64,000 nt of DNA from contig DASYTG010000039.1 in assembly GCA_036002525.1 (NCBI GenBank), forward strand, positions 81,298 through 145,297. Direction: 5' to 3'. The notes under the pieces are model-generated. The model ran no database searches. It was given only the letters and a program-made list of their open reading frames with translations, and was not told where the DNA came from. Of this stretch, positions 35,866 to 46,372 are shown one piece after another; positions within the stretch are counted from its first letter, which is position 1; the number at the start of each line of letters is the position of its first letter. Position numbers and translations under genes: made by a program. This DNA comes from Candidatus Limnocylindrales bacterium. GTDB lineage: Bacteria; Chloroflexota; Limnocylindria; Limnocylindrales; CSP1-4.

Positions 35866-35888
35866 GTTGACCCGTCAGACGGGTCAAC
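35866..35888. repeat. perfect palindrome GTTGACCCG-TCAGA-CGGGTCAAC (REP-like)
   Basis: 9-bp arms, 5-nt spacer. An additional direct copy of CGGGTCAAC lies at 35756-35764. Same core as the elements at 21545 and 21628. Confidence 0.7.
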
Positions 35889-36107
35889 CGCGATAGAGCC
35901 GTGCGCCTGAGCGGCGGTGCATCTTCCTGTCAAATGCCACTGTCGGTGGCCGGAGGGGCGATCCGAGCCGGCTTCGGCGGTTGGCTTGTCGCCGGCCACG
36001 CACGAAGTCGCCGTTCGAGCGCCTCGGGGCCCCGCTGAGCGGGACCGATTTCCGCGCATCGCGCCACTCACGGTGACGTATGACAGGAAACGCTCGGACC
36101 GCCCGCT

Positions 36108-36926
36108 CTACTGCCGGCGGGTGACGACCGTGAAGATCGCGTCGTCGGGCTTGTGCGGTTCGCGGGTGAAGCCGGACAGGAACTCGAGATCGGCGAAGCC
36201 GCGGCGCTCGAGCGCGTCACGGAGCTCGTCCGGCGTCCAGGCGAGCGTGGCGTTGTCGCGGAGGTGGCGCTCGGAGCGGACGAGGTCGCCGTCGCGGAAG
36301 ACCTCGTACAGGTCGTCGGTCGACTCGATCCGGCGCGAGGCATCGAATCTCTCGCGGGCGGTGCGGCGGACGGTCGCGCGGTCTTCGAGCTGAGCCTCGG
36401 CCGTCCAGGTCCGGTCGTAGGCCTTGTCGAGCACGATGATCGGCATCGCCAGCGTGCCGTCGGGCTGGAGGTGGCGGTGGAAGGCACCGAGCGCTCGCGC
36501 CGCCTCGTCACGATCGAGCAACAGCTGGAACGAGCTCGACGGCACGATGATCGTCCGGTAGCGGCGCGCCAGGTCGAGCCCGGCCATCGACTGGAGGTGG
36601 ACTTTCGGGGTCAGCCCGAGCCGTTGCGCCTTGCGCCGGCACAACGCGAGCATCGGAGCGGAGTTGTCGACGCCGTCGATGTCGATCCCCTGCGCGAGGT
36701 AGTCGAGCAGTAGCCGGCCGGTCCCGCAGCCGACGTCGAGAACGGGCTCGCCACGGTCGCGGATGAGCTCGAGGAAGAACCGACGGTCCGGCCAGTCGGA
36801 CGTGTCGCCGCGAAGCGCATCCCACGCCTCGGCGATCAAGCCGACGTATTCGACATCCGGATCCGTCATGGCATGAGGGTAATCTGGCAGAGCGGCCATG
36901 GACTCGGCCCTCGAGTCGATATCCAT
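36108..36926 (-). CDS. class I SAM-dependent methyltransferase
   Basis: VLDVGCGTGRLLLDYL motif I, GVDNSAPML, LQPDGTL. The start is uncertain (ATG 36926, 36899 or 36869). Confidence 0.75.
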   Translation of the reverse strand: MDIDSRAESMAALPDYPHAMTDPDVEYVGLIAEAWDALRGDTSDWPDRRFFLELIRDRGEPVLDVGCGTGRLLLDYLAQGIDIDGVDNSAPMLALCRRKAQRLGLTPKVHLQSMAGLDLARRYRTIIVPSSSFQLLLDRDEAARALGAFHRHLQPDGTLAMPIIVLDKAYDRTWTAEAQLEDRATVRRTARERFDASRRIESTDDLYEVFRDGDLVRSERHLRDNATLAWTPDELRDALERRGFADLEFLSGFTREPHKPDDAIFTVVTRRQ

Positions 36927-37353
36927 GTGGTCGATGAACTGGGGCCGGCGCCCCGGTCGGCGGCCCGCGTAGGCATTCGATGGGCATGCCGGGAGATGGC
37001 ATTGTCCGTTCCGACGCGCCCCGCCTACCAGGGGACGGTGACCTGGATCGTTCCTTGGGGCAGCGGGGCGAGGCGCTGGAACGCGGCCTGCGGATTTCGA
37101 GGGACGGGGCTGGTCCCCGGCCGGGAGTGACGCCCGAGATCGGGAGCGTCAGGATCGAGCCGGCCGACCCGGGCCGCCTGGAGCGGAGGGCCGGCACGGA
37201 GCGCCGGGAATCACGGCGGGGATCCCCGTAGGAGATCCCCGCTGGTGGATCCTTTGCCTCCCGTGGTCGCGGCTCTCAGCGGCGCCGCCGCGCGGGAGGC
37301 ACGAGGCTATGGATTGGCGATGAGTCCCGTCTCGCCGCTGTTCGAGGCTGGTC

Positions 37354-37455
37354 TAGTGCCAGCGCTGGCCGGCGCCGAGAACGAGCGCGGTGCTCGCGAG
37401 GGCCAGAAGCGCGAACCAGATTCGCGTCCCCTGAACCCGAAGGTACGTCTTCATC
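37354..37455 (-). CDS. candidate 33-aa single-TM peptide
   Basis: ATG 37455 to TAG 37354: MKTYLRVQGTRIWFALLALASTALVLGAGQRWH. About 28 of 33 codons end in G/C by my count. It is below the ORF-track size cut-off, and no strong SD is present. Confidence 0.25.
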
Positions 37456-37604
37456 GTCGTCTCTTCCACGCTCCGGGCGAGGGTGACAGTGACGCTCACT
37501 GCCAGGCTGGAACCGCCGGGTTGACTCCAAGCCTCTGGTGCCTCGAACGGCCTGCCGGAGCGACGAGGGCCGGGTCGCTGAGGGTCCCGGGTCGCCTCTC
37601 ACGT

Positions 37605-38315
37605 CTATCTCCCTTGCGGGGGATCGACGGTATCGGTGGGCCGCGCGATCGCGTCTTGCGGCGCTGATTCGAATCTCGTGATTGGCTGCCGTGGACTCAA
37701 TAGGCCGCTGGTACCCTGCGGTCGGTCGTTAGAGGGAGGTGTGCCCGCGCACCGGTGCGCCAGGGCCGCCCGATGACGCGGCGCAGCCGCGGCTGGTCGG
37801 AGGCTCATCGCGGCCTGAACCGCGAAGGCGAGACCCACGGTAATCGCCACGTCGCCCATGCTGACCACGTTCGAGAACGGCAACCAGGCAGGCAGGGCGA
37901 TGAGGTCGGTCAGCGGACGCAGCTGCGGATCCGCCTGGATCACGGCGTTCGTGAACGACAACGTCGGGGCGTGGCCGACGGCCGCCGCCGCGACCGGATC
38001 GACCGGCATGACGCCTCCATTCGCGAGGATCGCCGCCAGGTTGGCCCCGGCTCCGAGCGCGATGAGGGGCATGCCAGGGACCCGCAGGTTGACGAGGACG
38101 AAGCTCAGCACCGCGAGGGTCGAAGCCACGTACACGGCCATGCCCACCGCGCCGGCGTGCTCGGCGACCACCGGAAGGAAGAGCACCACCTGCACGGCCA
38201 GCCCGCAGACCGCCACCTCCGGGCGCGTGAGCCGGAGATCGCCGAACCCTGCGAGCGAGCCACCGCGAACGTGGCCGACCAGCAGCCCGGCGAGGAGGCC
38301 GTAGAGGACGACCAT
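37605..38315 (-). CDS. polytopic membrane protein (DUF5317-like, recalled from the ANGGVMPV motif)
   Basis: MVVLYGLLAGLLVGHVRGGSL..., ILANGGVMPV. ATG 38315 shares its A with the MFS stop (TGATG). Confidence 0.55.
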   Translation of the reverse strand: MVVLYGLLAGLLVGHVRGGSLAGFGDLRLTRPEVAVCGLAVQVVLFLPVVAEHAGAVGMAVYVASTLAVLSFVLVNLRVPGMPLIALGAGANLAAILANGGVMPVDPVAAAAVGHAPTLSFTNAVIQADPQLRPLTDLIALPAWLPFSNVVSMGDVAITVGLAFAVQAAMSLRPAAAAPRHRAALAHRCAGTPPSNDRPQGTSGLLSPRQPITRFESAPQDAIARPTDTVDPPQGR

Positions 38316-39643
38316 CAAACCACCCCGATGTCGTCGGGGACGAGCGCTCGGGTGTCGCTCGCCGGCGCCTCGGCCCGTGCGGCGGCCATCGTCTCGTCGA
38401 TCCGCCCCAGCCGGCTCTTCAGCAACAGCACGAGTCGAAGCGTCGCCAGACCCGCCGCGACGAACAGGGTGGGTCGGAGCCCGATTGTCTCGCCGAGAAC
38501 CCCGCCGAGCAGCGCGCCAACCGGGACGACCCCCCAGTCGGCCAGGCGAAACGTGCCGTTGATCCGGCCGAGCGTGTCGCGATCGGTTCGGCTCTGGACG
38601 AGGGCGACGAGACTGACGTTGTAGACAGGGTTGGCCAGCGCACCGAGGAAGCGGCCGGCGACGAGGACGAGGAAGGCGAAGGGCCCGATCGCCAGCGGGA
38701 TGATAAGCGCCGCGACCGTCGACCCGGCGGCCCCGATCAGCATCGCCCTTCCGAGGCCGCGCCGGGCCGTCCAGCCCGAGGCCGCCGCGCCGATGACGAA
38801 GCCGACGTTGCCGAGGGCGAAGACGAGGCCGTACGCCGAAGGGCCGACGCCCAACTCGCGCGTCGCGAACAGCACGAATGTCGCGAGGATCATCGAGCTG
38901 GCCAGGTTGAACGCAGCCGTCGAGGCGGCGAGCTCGCGGAGGATGGGATCGCGCAGCAGGAGCCGTGGACCGTCGAGCAGCTCCGACCGCAGATTCACCC
39001 GGACGGGCCGGTGGGCCGCCGCGGGCCGGCGTTCCGCTCGTTCGGCGGTACGCCCCGGGCGGCGGAAGCGCATCAGGGAGATGGCGGAGACGAGGTACGA
39101 GAGAGCGTCGATGACGACCGCCATGGCGCCGCCGACGAGCCCGAACAGGATCCCGGCGATCCCGGGGCCGGCGACCTGAGCCCCGGACGTCGCGAGCTCG
39201 AGCTGCTGGTTGGCCGGCACCAGGTAATCGGGCGGGACGATCTCCGGCAGGTACGTCTGGGCGGCGATGTCGAAGGCGACGCTCAGGGAGCCGATGACGA
39301 AGGCGGTGACCGCGAGGAGGGGCAGCGACAGCAGGCCGGCCGCCCAGAACACCGGGATGACGAGCAGGCCAAGCGCCCGCCCCAGATCACACAGGATCAT
39401 CATGACCCGCCGATCGACGCGGTCGGCGACGACGCCGGCCGGCAGGGAGACGAGCAGGTACGGGGCCGTCTCGGCCGCGGTCAGCACGCCCATCTCGACC
39501 GGGGTCGCTCCCAGCGACAGGACGGCGAGCAGGGGAATGGCGATCAGGCTGACCTGGCTGCCGATCTGCGACACCGTCTGGCCGAACCAGAGGCGCACGA
39601 ACGGGCCGTTGCCCGTCGGAACCCAGCGACCCGGGAGCCTCAT
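38315..39643 (-). CDS. MFS transporter (EntS/MFS_3-like)
   Basis: FVRLWFGQTVSQIGSQV, GVVADRVDRR, 12 TM-like spans. ATG 39643 overlaps the HD-GYP stop (ATGA). Confidence 0.85.
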   Translation of the reverse strand: MRLPGRWVPTGNGPFVRLWFGQTVSQIGSQVSLIAIPLLAVLSLGATPVEMGVLTAAETAPYLLVSLPAGVVADRVDRRVMMILCDLGRALGLLVIPVFWAAGLLSLPLLAVTAFVIGSLSVAFDIAAQTYLPEIVPPDYLVPANQQLELATSGAQVAGPGIAGILFGLVGGAMAVVIDALSYLVSAISLMRFRRPGRTAERAERRPAAAHRPVRVNLRSELLDGPRLLLRDPILRELAASTAAFNLASSMILATFVLFATRELGVGPSAYGLVFALGNVGFVIGAAASGWTARRGLGRAMLIGAAGSTVAALIIPLAIGPFAFLVLVAGRFLGALANPVYNVSLVALVQSRTDRDTLGRINGTFRLADWGVVPVGALLGGVLGETIGLRPTLFVAAGLATLRLVLLLKSRLGRIDETMAAARAEAPASDTRALVPDDIGVV

Positions 39644-41013
39644 GCCGTCAGCCGCCCGTTCGAATCGGCCGTCGCGTGGGCGACCGAGGGATGCACGGCG
39701 TCGACGTCGGGTCTCGCGGGCTGGATCCGGCCCTGCCCGATGAGCTCGACGAAGGCAGCCACGCACGCGGGATCCCATTGCGTCCCGGCCCCGGCCTTGA
39801 GCCGCCGGGTGGCCTCGTCCAGCGGCAGCGCCGACCGGTACGGCCGGTCCGTCGTCATGGCGTCGAAAGCGTCCGCGACCGCGACGACCCGCGCGCCGAG
39901 CGGAATCCGCTCGCCGGCCAGGCCGCCCGGGTAGCCTGCGCCGTCCCACCGCTCGTGATGGTGCAGGACGATCCCCGAGCCCTTCCTGAACAGCTCGAAG
40001 TGCTCGAGGATGCGCGCCCCGATCTCGGTGTGCAGCCACATGCTCGCGCGTTCGCGTTCGCTCAGCGGGCCGGGCTTGAGGAGGACGCTGTCGGCGACGC
40101 CGATCTTGCCGAGATCGTGGACGCTGGCGGCCTGGTCGATGAGCTCCACGAGGTCCTCGTCCAGCCCCATCCGCTGGGCGAGGGTCACCGCGTAACGGGC
40201 TACACGCTCGGAGTGGTAGGCGGTGTACGGGTCCCGATGGTCGATCACCGTGGCCAGTGAGCGGACGGCCGACCGGGTCTCGCCCTCGAGTTGCCGGACG
40301 TAGCGCAGGGTCCGGGTGATGACGGCGGTCGGCACGACCAGCAGGAGCGTCCACGCGGGATGGACCGTCCAGATGAGGGCGAAGAGCGAGCCCAGGGTGC
40401 CGGCTCCCAGCTCAGTCAGTCCCGTGTTCCGGCCATTGGCCCGCAACAGGTAGAGGAACCCGCGACCCGTCGCGATCGAGATGATCGCGGCCGTGAGGAG
40501 CTTGTTCGAGAGCTGGTACGTGAGGACGGCGACGAGCATGATCACGGCCAGCCGGAAGTGGTCGCTCCGCGCCGAGTCCCACGGATCGCCGACGAGGCCG
40601 ATCGCCAGCGACGAGATCGACAGGGTCAGGGCGTAGCTCGCGACGTTGAACGCGATCTTCACGAGGGGCCGTCGGTTGACCAGCTCCTCGACGAGGATCG
40701 CCAGGGCCACCGAGACCGCCGCGAAGGGGGGTGGGACGAGGATGATCGTGGCCAGGTGGGTGATCGTCGCGACGGACAGGGCTCCGTCGTGCGGCAGGGC
40801 GACTGCCGCGAACTCCAGGGCGGTCGACAGGATCGTCAGGACGATGAACGCGGAGAGCCAGACCCCGATCGGCTCGTGCCACAGGGGCGGCACGGCAAGC
40901 AGGGCCGCCGCGGCCACGACGATGCCGGCCACGAACAGCCAGACGGTCGAACCCGGAACCCGCCTGGCGAGGTTCGTCGCCGACGAGGCGGGACGTGCGA
41001 GAAAGGGCTCCAC
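39640..41013 (-). CDS. membrane-anchored HD-GYP domain protein (putative c-di-GMP phosphodiesterase)
   Basis: About 7 N-terminal TM segments, then YTAYHSERVA, HDLGKIG, HHHERWDGAGYPGG, DAFDAMTTDRPY. Confidence 0.85.
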   Translation of the reverse strand: MEPFLARPASSATNLARRVPGSTVWLFVAGIVVAAAALLAVPPLWHEPIGVWLSAFIVLTILSTALEFAAVALPHDGALSVATITHLATIILVPPPFAAVSVALAILVEELVNRRPLVKIAFNVASYALTLSISSLAIGLVGDPWDSARSDHFRLAVIMLVAVLTYQLSNKLLTAAIISIATGRGFLYLLRANGRNTGLTELGAGTLGSLFALIWTVHPAWTLLLVVPTAVITRTLRYVRQLEGETRSAVRSLATVIDHRDPYTAYHSERVARYAVTLAQRMGLDEDLVELIDQAASVHDLGKIGVADSVLLKPGPLSERERASMWLHTEIGARILEHFELFRKGSGIVLHHHERWDGAGYPGGLAGERIPLGARVVAVADAFDAMTTDRPYRSALPLDEATRRLKAGAGTQWDPACVAAFVELIGQGRIQPARPDVDAVHPSVAHATADSNGRLTA

Positions 41014-41255
41014 TGTCCTGTCGCTTCAATTCCGCGGTATGCCCGATCGATTCGAGCGGACGACCGGCCTGGCGTGCAGTACCCAAAGGTCCCGCCGGCG
41101 GCTCCCGAACGTGAGGCCGCGCCGGGTACGAACAGAACGGAAGGGGTCGGGGCCTGGGCTGAACCACCCCAAGCCAGTCGCAACCAGCCCCAAGCCTCTC
41201 GAACCGGCCGGCCCGTCGGGGGCGGGCGGCGACGGCGTTGTCTACACTCGTTCCG

Positions 41256-43105
<1,850 letters not shown>

Positions 43106-43109
<4 letters not shown>

Positions 43110-44176
43110 GCGGCCCCGGACTCTCGCCAGAGCGCGACCCGGCCCCCGATCCGCGCGCCCCGCACGCCGACGCTGCGCCGGGGGCCCAGCCGCTCACCGA
43201 GATCATCCTCAAGCCCGCGGCCCGCCCGAGCCGCCCGCCGCAGCCCCCTCCTCCGCCGGTTCGGCCGCCGGTCGAGGTCTCGATCGACGGGGTCGCGGCC
43301 ACTGTCCCCCAGGGGTCCACGATCCTCGAGGCCTGCCGCGCCCAGGGAATCGACACCCCGACGCTCTGCTATCTCGAGAACCTCACCCCCGTGAATGTGT
43401 GCCGGGTGTGCGTCGTCGAGGTCGCCGGCTCGCGGGTCCTCGTGCCGGCCTGCTCGCGAAAGGTCGAGGCCGGGATGGAGATCCAGACCGATTCCGAGCG
43501 GGTCCGCCACTCGCGGAAGATGGTCCTCGAGTTCCTCGCGTCGTCGGTGGACCTGTCGACGACGCCATCGGCCGCTGGCTACGTCGAGCGGTACGGGGCG
43601 GACCCGGCGCGCTACGGCCCGCCCGCCGGGCCCGCGGCCGCAGGCGAGCGCGACGCCCACGAGCCGGGTCACCACCACGCGCCGTCCGGCGGGCCGGAGG
43701 CCGCCACCGTTCACCAGCCGGTGAAGATCGACAACGAGCTGTACGTCCGCGACTACTCGAAGTGCATCCTCTGCTACAAGTGCGTCGAGGCGTGCGGCGA
43801 GGACGCCCAGAACACGTTCGCGATCGCCGTCGCCGGCCGCGGCTTCGACGCCCGGATCTCGACCGAGGTCGCGGTCCCGCTGCCCGAATCGGCATGCGTC
43901 TACTGCGGCAACTGCATCGGGGTCTGCCCGACCGGTGCGCTGATGTTCAAGTCGGAGCACGACATGCGGGCGGCCGGGACCTGGGACGAGTCGGCCCAGA
44001 CCGTGACCGAGACGATCTGTCCGTACTGCGGCGTCGGCTGCGCGCTGAACCTCCACGTCCAGGACAACGAGATCGTCAAGGTCGACTCGCCGCTCGACTC
44101 GTCGGTCACCGACGGCCACCTGTGCATCAAGGGCCGCTTCGGCTTCCAGTTCGTCCAGAGCCAGCCTCGCGACTGA
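43106..44176 (+). CDS. formate dehydrogenase alpha subunit, Fe-S N-terminal module only (2Fe-2S, 2x4Fe-4S, and the molybdopterin-type 4Fe-4S domain)
   Basis: GTG 43106 overlaps the upstream stop (GTGA). VEVSIDGVAATVPQGSTILEAC, CYLENLTPVNVCRVCVVEV, CILCYKCVEAC, CVYCGNCIGVCP, CPYCGVGCALNL...GHLCIKGRFGFQFV, then a stop. The protein ends exactly where the catalytic domain should begin. Confidence 0.85.
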
Positions 44177-44375
44177 CCTGCGGCGGGCAGGCCGGCAACC
44201 TGGCCAGATAGTCATCGAGGGACTGGCGGGCGCGCTTTCCGGCGGCCTGCGGTGCCAGTGATAGCCGACGGCGCCTAACCCGGGCCGGAAAGGAGCTGGC
44301 TACCGGCGTTCTATCACACCTCCAAGTCCGTAGATGACTCGATGGCGAGATAGGCCGCCGTCCGAGCCCGTGCCG

Positions 44376-45239
44376 TCAGCCCATCAGGTCGCGCAGGTCG
44401 ATCCGCTCGTCGTGGGTGTAAAGGTTGAAGCCGTCGCCGCGGAGGAAACCGACCAGGGTGAGGCCGAGCCGGTCGGCGGCCTCGATCGCGAGGTCGGACG
44501 GGGCTGACACGGCGCAGACGATCGGGATGCCCGCGACCGCCGCCTTCTGGACGATCTCGAAGCTCACCCGGCCGCTAACCATGAGGATTCGGTCGTTGAG
44601 CGGGCCGCGGCCCGCCAGCAACTGCGAGCCGACGAGCTTGTCGAGCGCGTTGTGCCGCCCGACATCCTCGCGGATCGCGACGAGCGTCCCGTCCGGGGCG
44701 AACAACCCCGCCGCGTGCAACCCGCCTGTCGTCTCGAACACCGCCTGGGCCGCCCGCAGCGCGTCGGGCAGCCCGAGGACCACGGTTCGCGCCACGACCG
44801 GTCCCGGCGGGATCGGTGCCGCCCGGACCGAGACCTCGTCGAGCGAGGCCTTGCCGCAGATCCCGCACGACGCGGTCGCGACGAAGTGCCGCTCCGCGAC
44901 CGCGGACGCGTCGAACGGCTTGGTGAGGCGGACGATGACCGTGTCGTCGGGCCGGTTGAGCGCGCCGGGATCGCCGAACTCGACCCCCTTCACGTCCGAC
45001 GCACCCCCGATCAGGCCCTCGGTTCGGAGGAACCCGACGGCGAGCTCCGCCTCGTGGCCGGGGGTGCGCATCGTGACGGCGACCGCGACGGGATCCTGGC
45101 CCGGGCCCGCGGCCCTGATCTCCATCGGTTCCTCGCCGACGACCGTATCGCCGCGAACCTCGATCTCGTCGCCGCGGACGGCCACCACCCGCGTCGACGA
45201 AACGTGACGGACGAGCGGCTCCAGGTCCGGGCCGCTCAC
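44376..45239 (-). CDS. fdhD: formate dehydrogenase accessory sulfurtransferase FdhD
   Basis: EEPMEIR, TMRTPGHEAELAVGFL, SCGICG, GGLHAA, EDVGRHNALDKL, VSGRVSFE. GTG 45239 overlaps the upstream stop (GTGA). Confidence 0.88.
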   Translation of the reverse strand: MSGPDLEPLVRHVSSTRVVAVRGDEIEVRGDTVVGEEPMEIRAAGPGQDPVAVAVTMRTPGHEAELAVGFLRTEGLIGGASDVKGVEFGDPGALNRPDDTVIVRLTKPFDASAVAERHFVATASCGICGKASLDEVSVRAAPIPPGPVVARTVVLGLPDALRAAQAVFETTGGLHAAGLFAPDGTLVAIREDVGRHNALDKLVGSQLLAGRGPLNDRILMVSGRVSFEIVQKAAVAGIPIVCAVSAPSDLAIEAADRLGLTLVGFLRGDGFNLYTHDERIDLRDLMG

Positions 45240-45889
45240 CGTTCGACCTCGCCGATCTTCCGGCCGGTTGCGTCGTAGGCCTCGACGACGAGCCCCATCT
45301 CGTCGGTCGGCCACCAGGCCGTGAACCAGCCCCCGCCGATCGACGCCCGAACGACGGTGCCCGAGGCAAACACGACACGCACCGCGGCCACGGCCTGGCC
45401 GATCCGCCCGTAGACCACGGACGACCCGTCGCCCGCGCCGATCATCCCTCCGGCCGCCACGATGACGACGTCGTCCTGATCGAGGAACACCACCGGCCCA
45501 CCCCCGCCCTGAACGCTGCCCCCGGCCATCGACAGATCACCCTGGGTGTCCATCCGAAGCTCGCACTCCATGAACGCCGCGCCCGCTCCGGCAAAGATGA
45601 GCGTAAGTCGACCCGAGCCGCGCGCGTCGACGGCCACGAGCCGGTCGACCGGTGCGAGCGCGGGGTCCCTGATCGCTCGGGCGTCCTGGCACGCCTCTTC
45701 GGCGGCCGCGATCGTGGCCTGATCGATGACCAGTGGCTCGGGGCGCCAGGGGCCGCGGATGTCCGCGATCTTCTCCACCCGGTCGGTCGCGAACGTGCCA
45801 CAGCCGGCGGCGGCCCAGGCCACGGCGAGAACGGCCAGAAGGGCCGGAAGGAGGGCAGGCTGTCGGCGCACGGCGAAACGATGCATCAT
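45236..45889 (-). CDS. lipoprotein (hypothetical), translationally coupled to fdhD
   Basis: MMHRFAVRRQPALLPALLAVLAVAWAAAGCG (signal peptide plus lipobox). ATG 45889 lies in ORF 45236-46579. Confidence 0.6.
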   Translation of the reverse strand: MMHRFAVRRQPALLPALLAVLAVAWAAAGCGTFATDRVEKIADIRGPWRPEPLVIDQATIAAAEEACQDARAIRDPALAPVDRLVAVDARGSGRLTLIFAGAGAAFMECELRMDTQGDLSMAGGSVQGGGGPVVFLDQDDVVIVAAGGMIGAGDGSSVVYGRIGQAVAAVRVVFASGTVVRASIGGGWFTAWWPTDEMGLVVEAYDATGRKIGEVER

Positions 45890-45895
45890 CCGGCG

Positions 45896-46372
45896 ATGAA
45901 CCGGGATCCGATACTCTCCGCGGAGGAGCGTGCGTTCCTGACCGGGGCGCGCCGGGCCGTCCTCGCGACGCTCGATCCGGACGGCAAGCCGCGCCTCGTG
46001 CCGATCTGCTTCGTCGTCGGCGAGGTCGACGACCGGCTGGGCCGGCCGCTCCTCTACACCCCGATCGACGAGAAGACCAAGGCCTCCTCCGATCCGAAGC
46101 AGTTGAGCCGCGTTCGCGATCTGCTCGTGCTTCCCGAGGCCGTCGTGCTCGCCGATCGGTGGGACGAGGACTGGTCGCGGCTGGGCTGGGTGCGCGTCTA
46201 CGGGCGAGGCGAGATCCTCGAGCCGCAACCGAACGAGCGGGAGGAGCACGCACGGGCGGTCGCCGCGCTCCGGGCGAAGTACGAGCAATACCGGGACCAC
46301 CACCTCGAGAGCCGGCCGATCATCCGGGTCACGATCGGCCGGTCCCGCTCGTGGGGAAACCTGGCGAGCTAG
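45896..46372 (+). CDS. pyridoxamine 5'-phosphate oxidase-family (F420/FMN-binding split-barrel) protein
   Basis: LSAEERAFLTGARRAVLATLDPDGKPRLVPICF..., LADRWDEDWSRLGWVRVYG. Start is ATG 45896 or ATG 45881. Confidence 0.7.
   Translation: MNRDPILSAEERAFLTGARRAVLATLDPDGKPRLVPICFVVGEVDDRLGRPLLYTPIDEKTKASSDPKQLSRVRDLLVLPEAVVLADRWDEDWSRLGWVRVYGRGEILEPQPNEREEHARAVAALRAKYEQYRDHHLESRPIIRVTIGRSRSWGNLAS

Noticed and set aside
37190-37250. c-di-AMP (ydaO-type) riboswitch, suggested by GGAAUCACGGCGGGGAUCCCC
   Set aside because: Only a short resemblance to one conserved block. The second pseudo-symmetric half is not evident, and no downstream gene lies in the right orientation.
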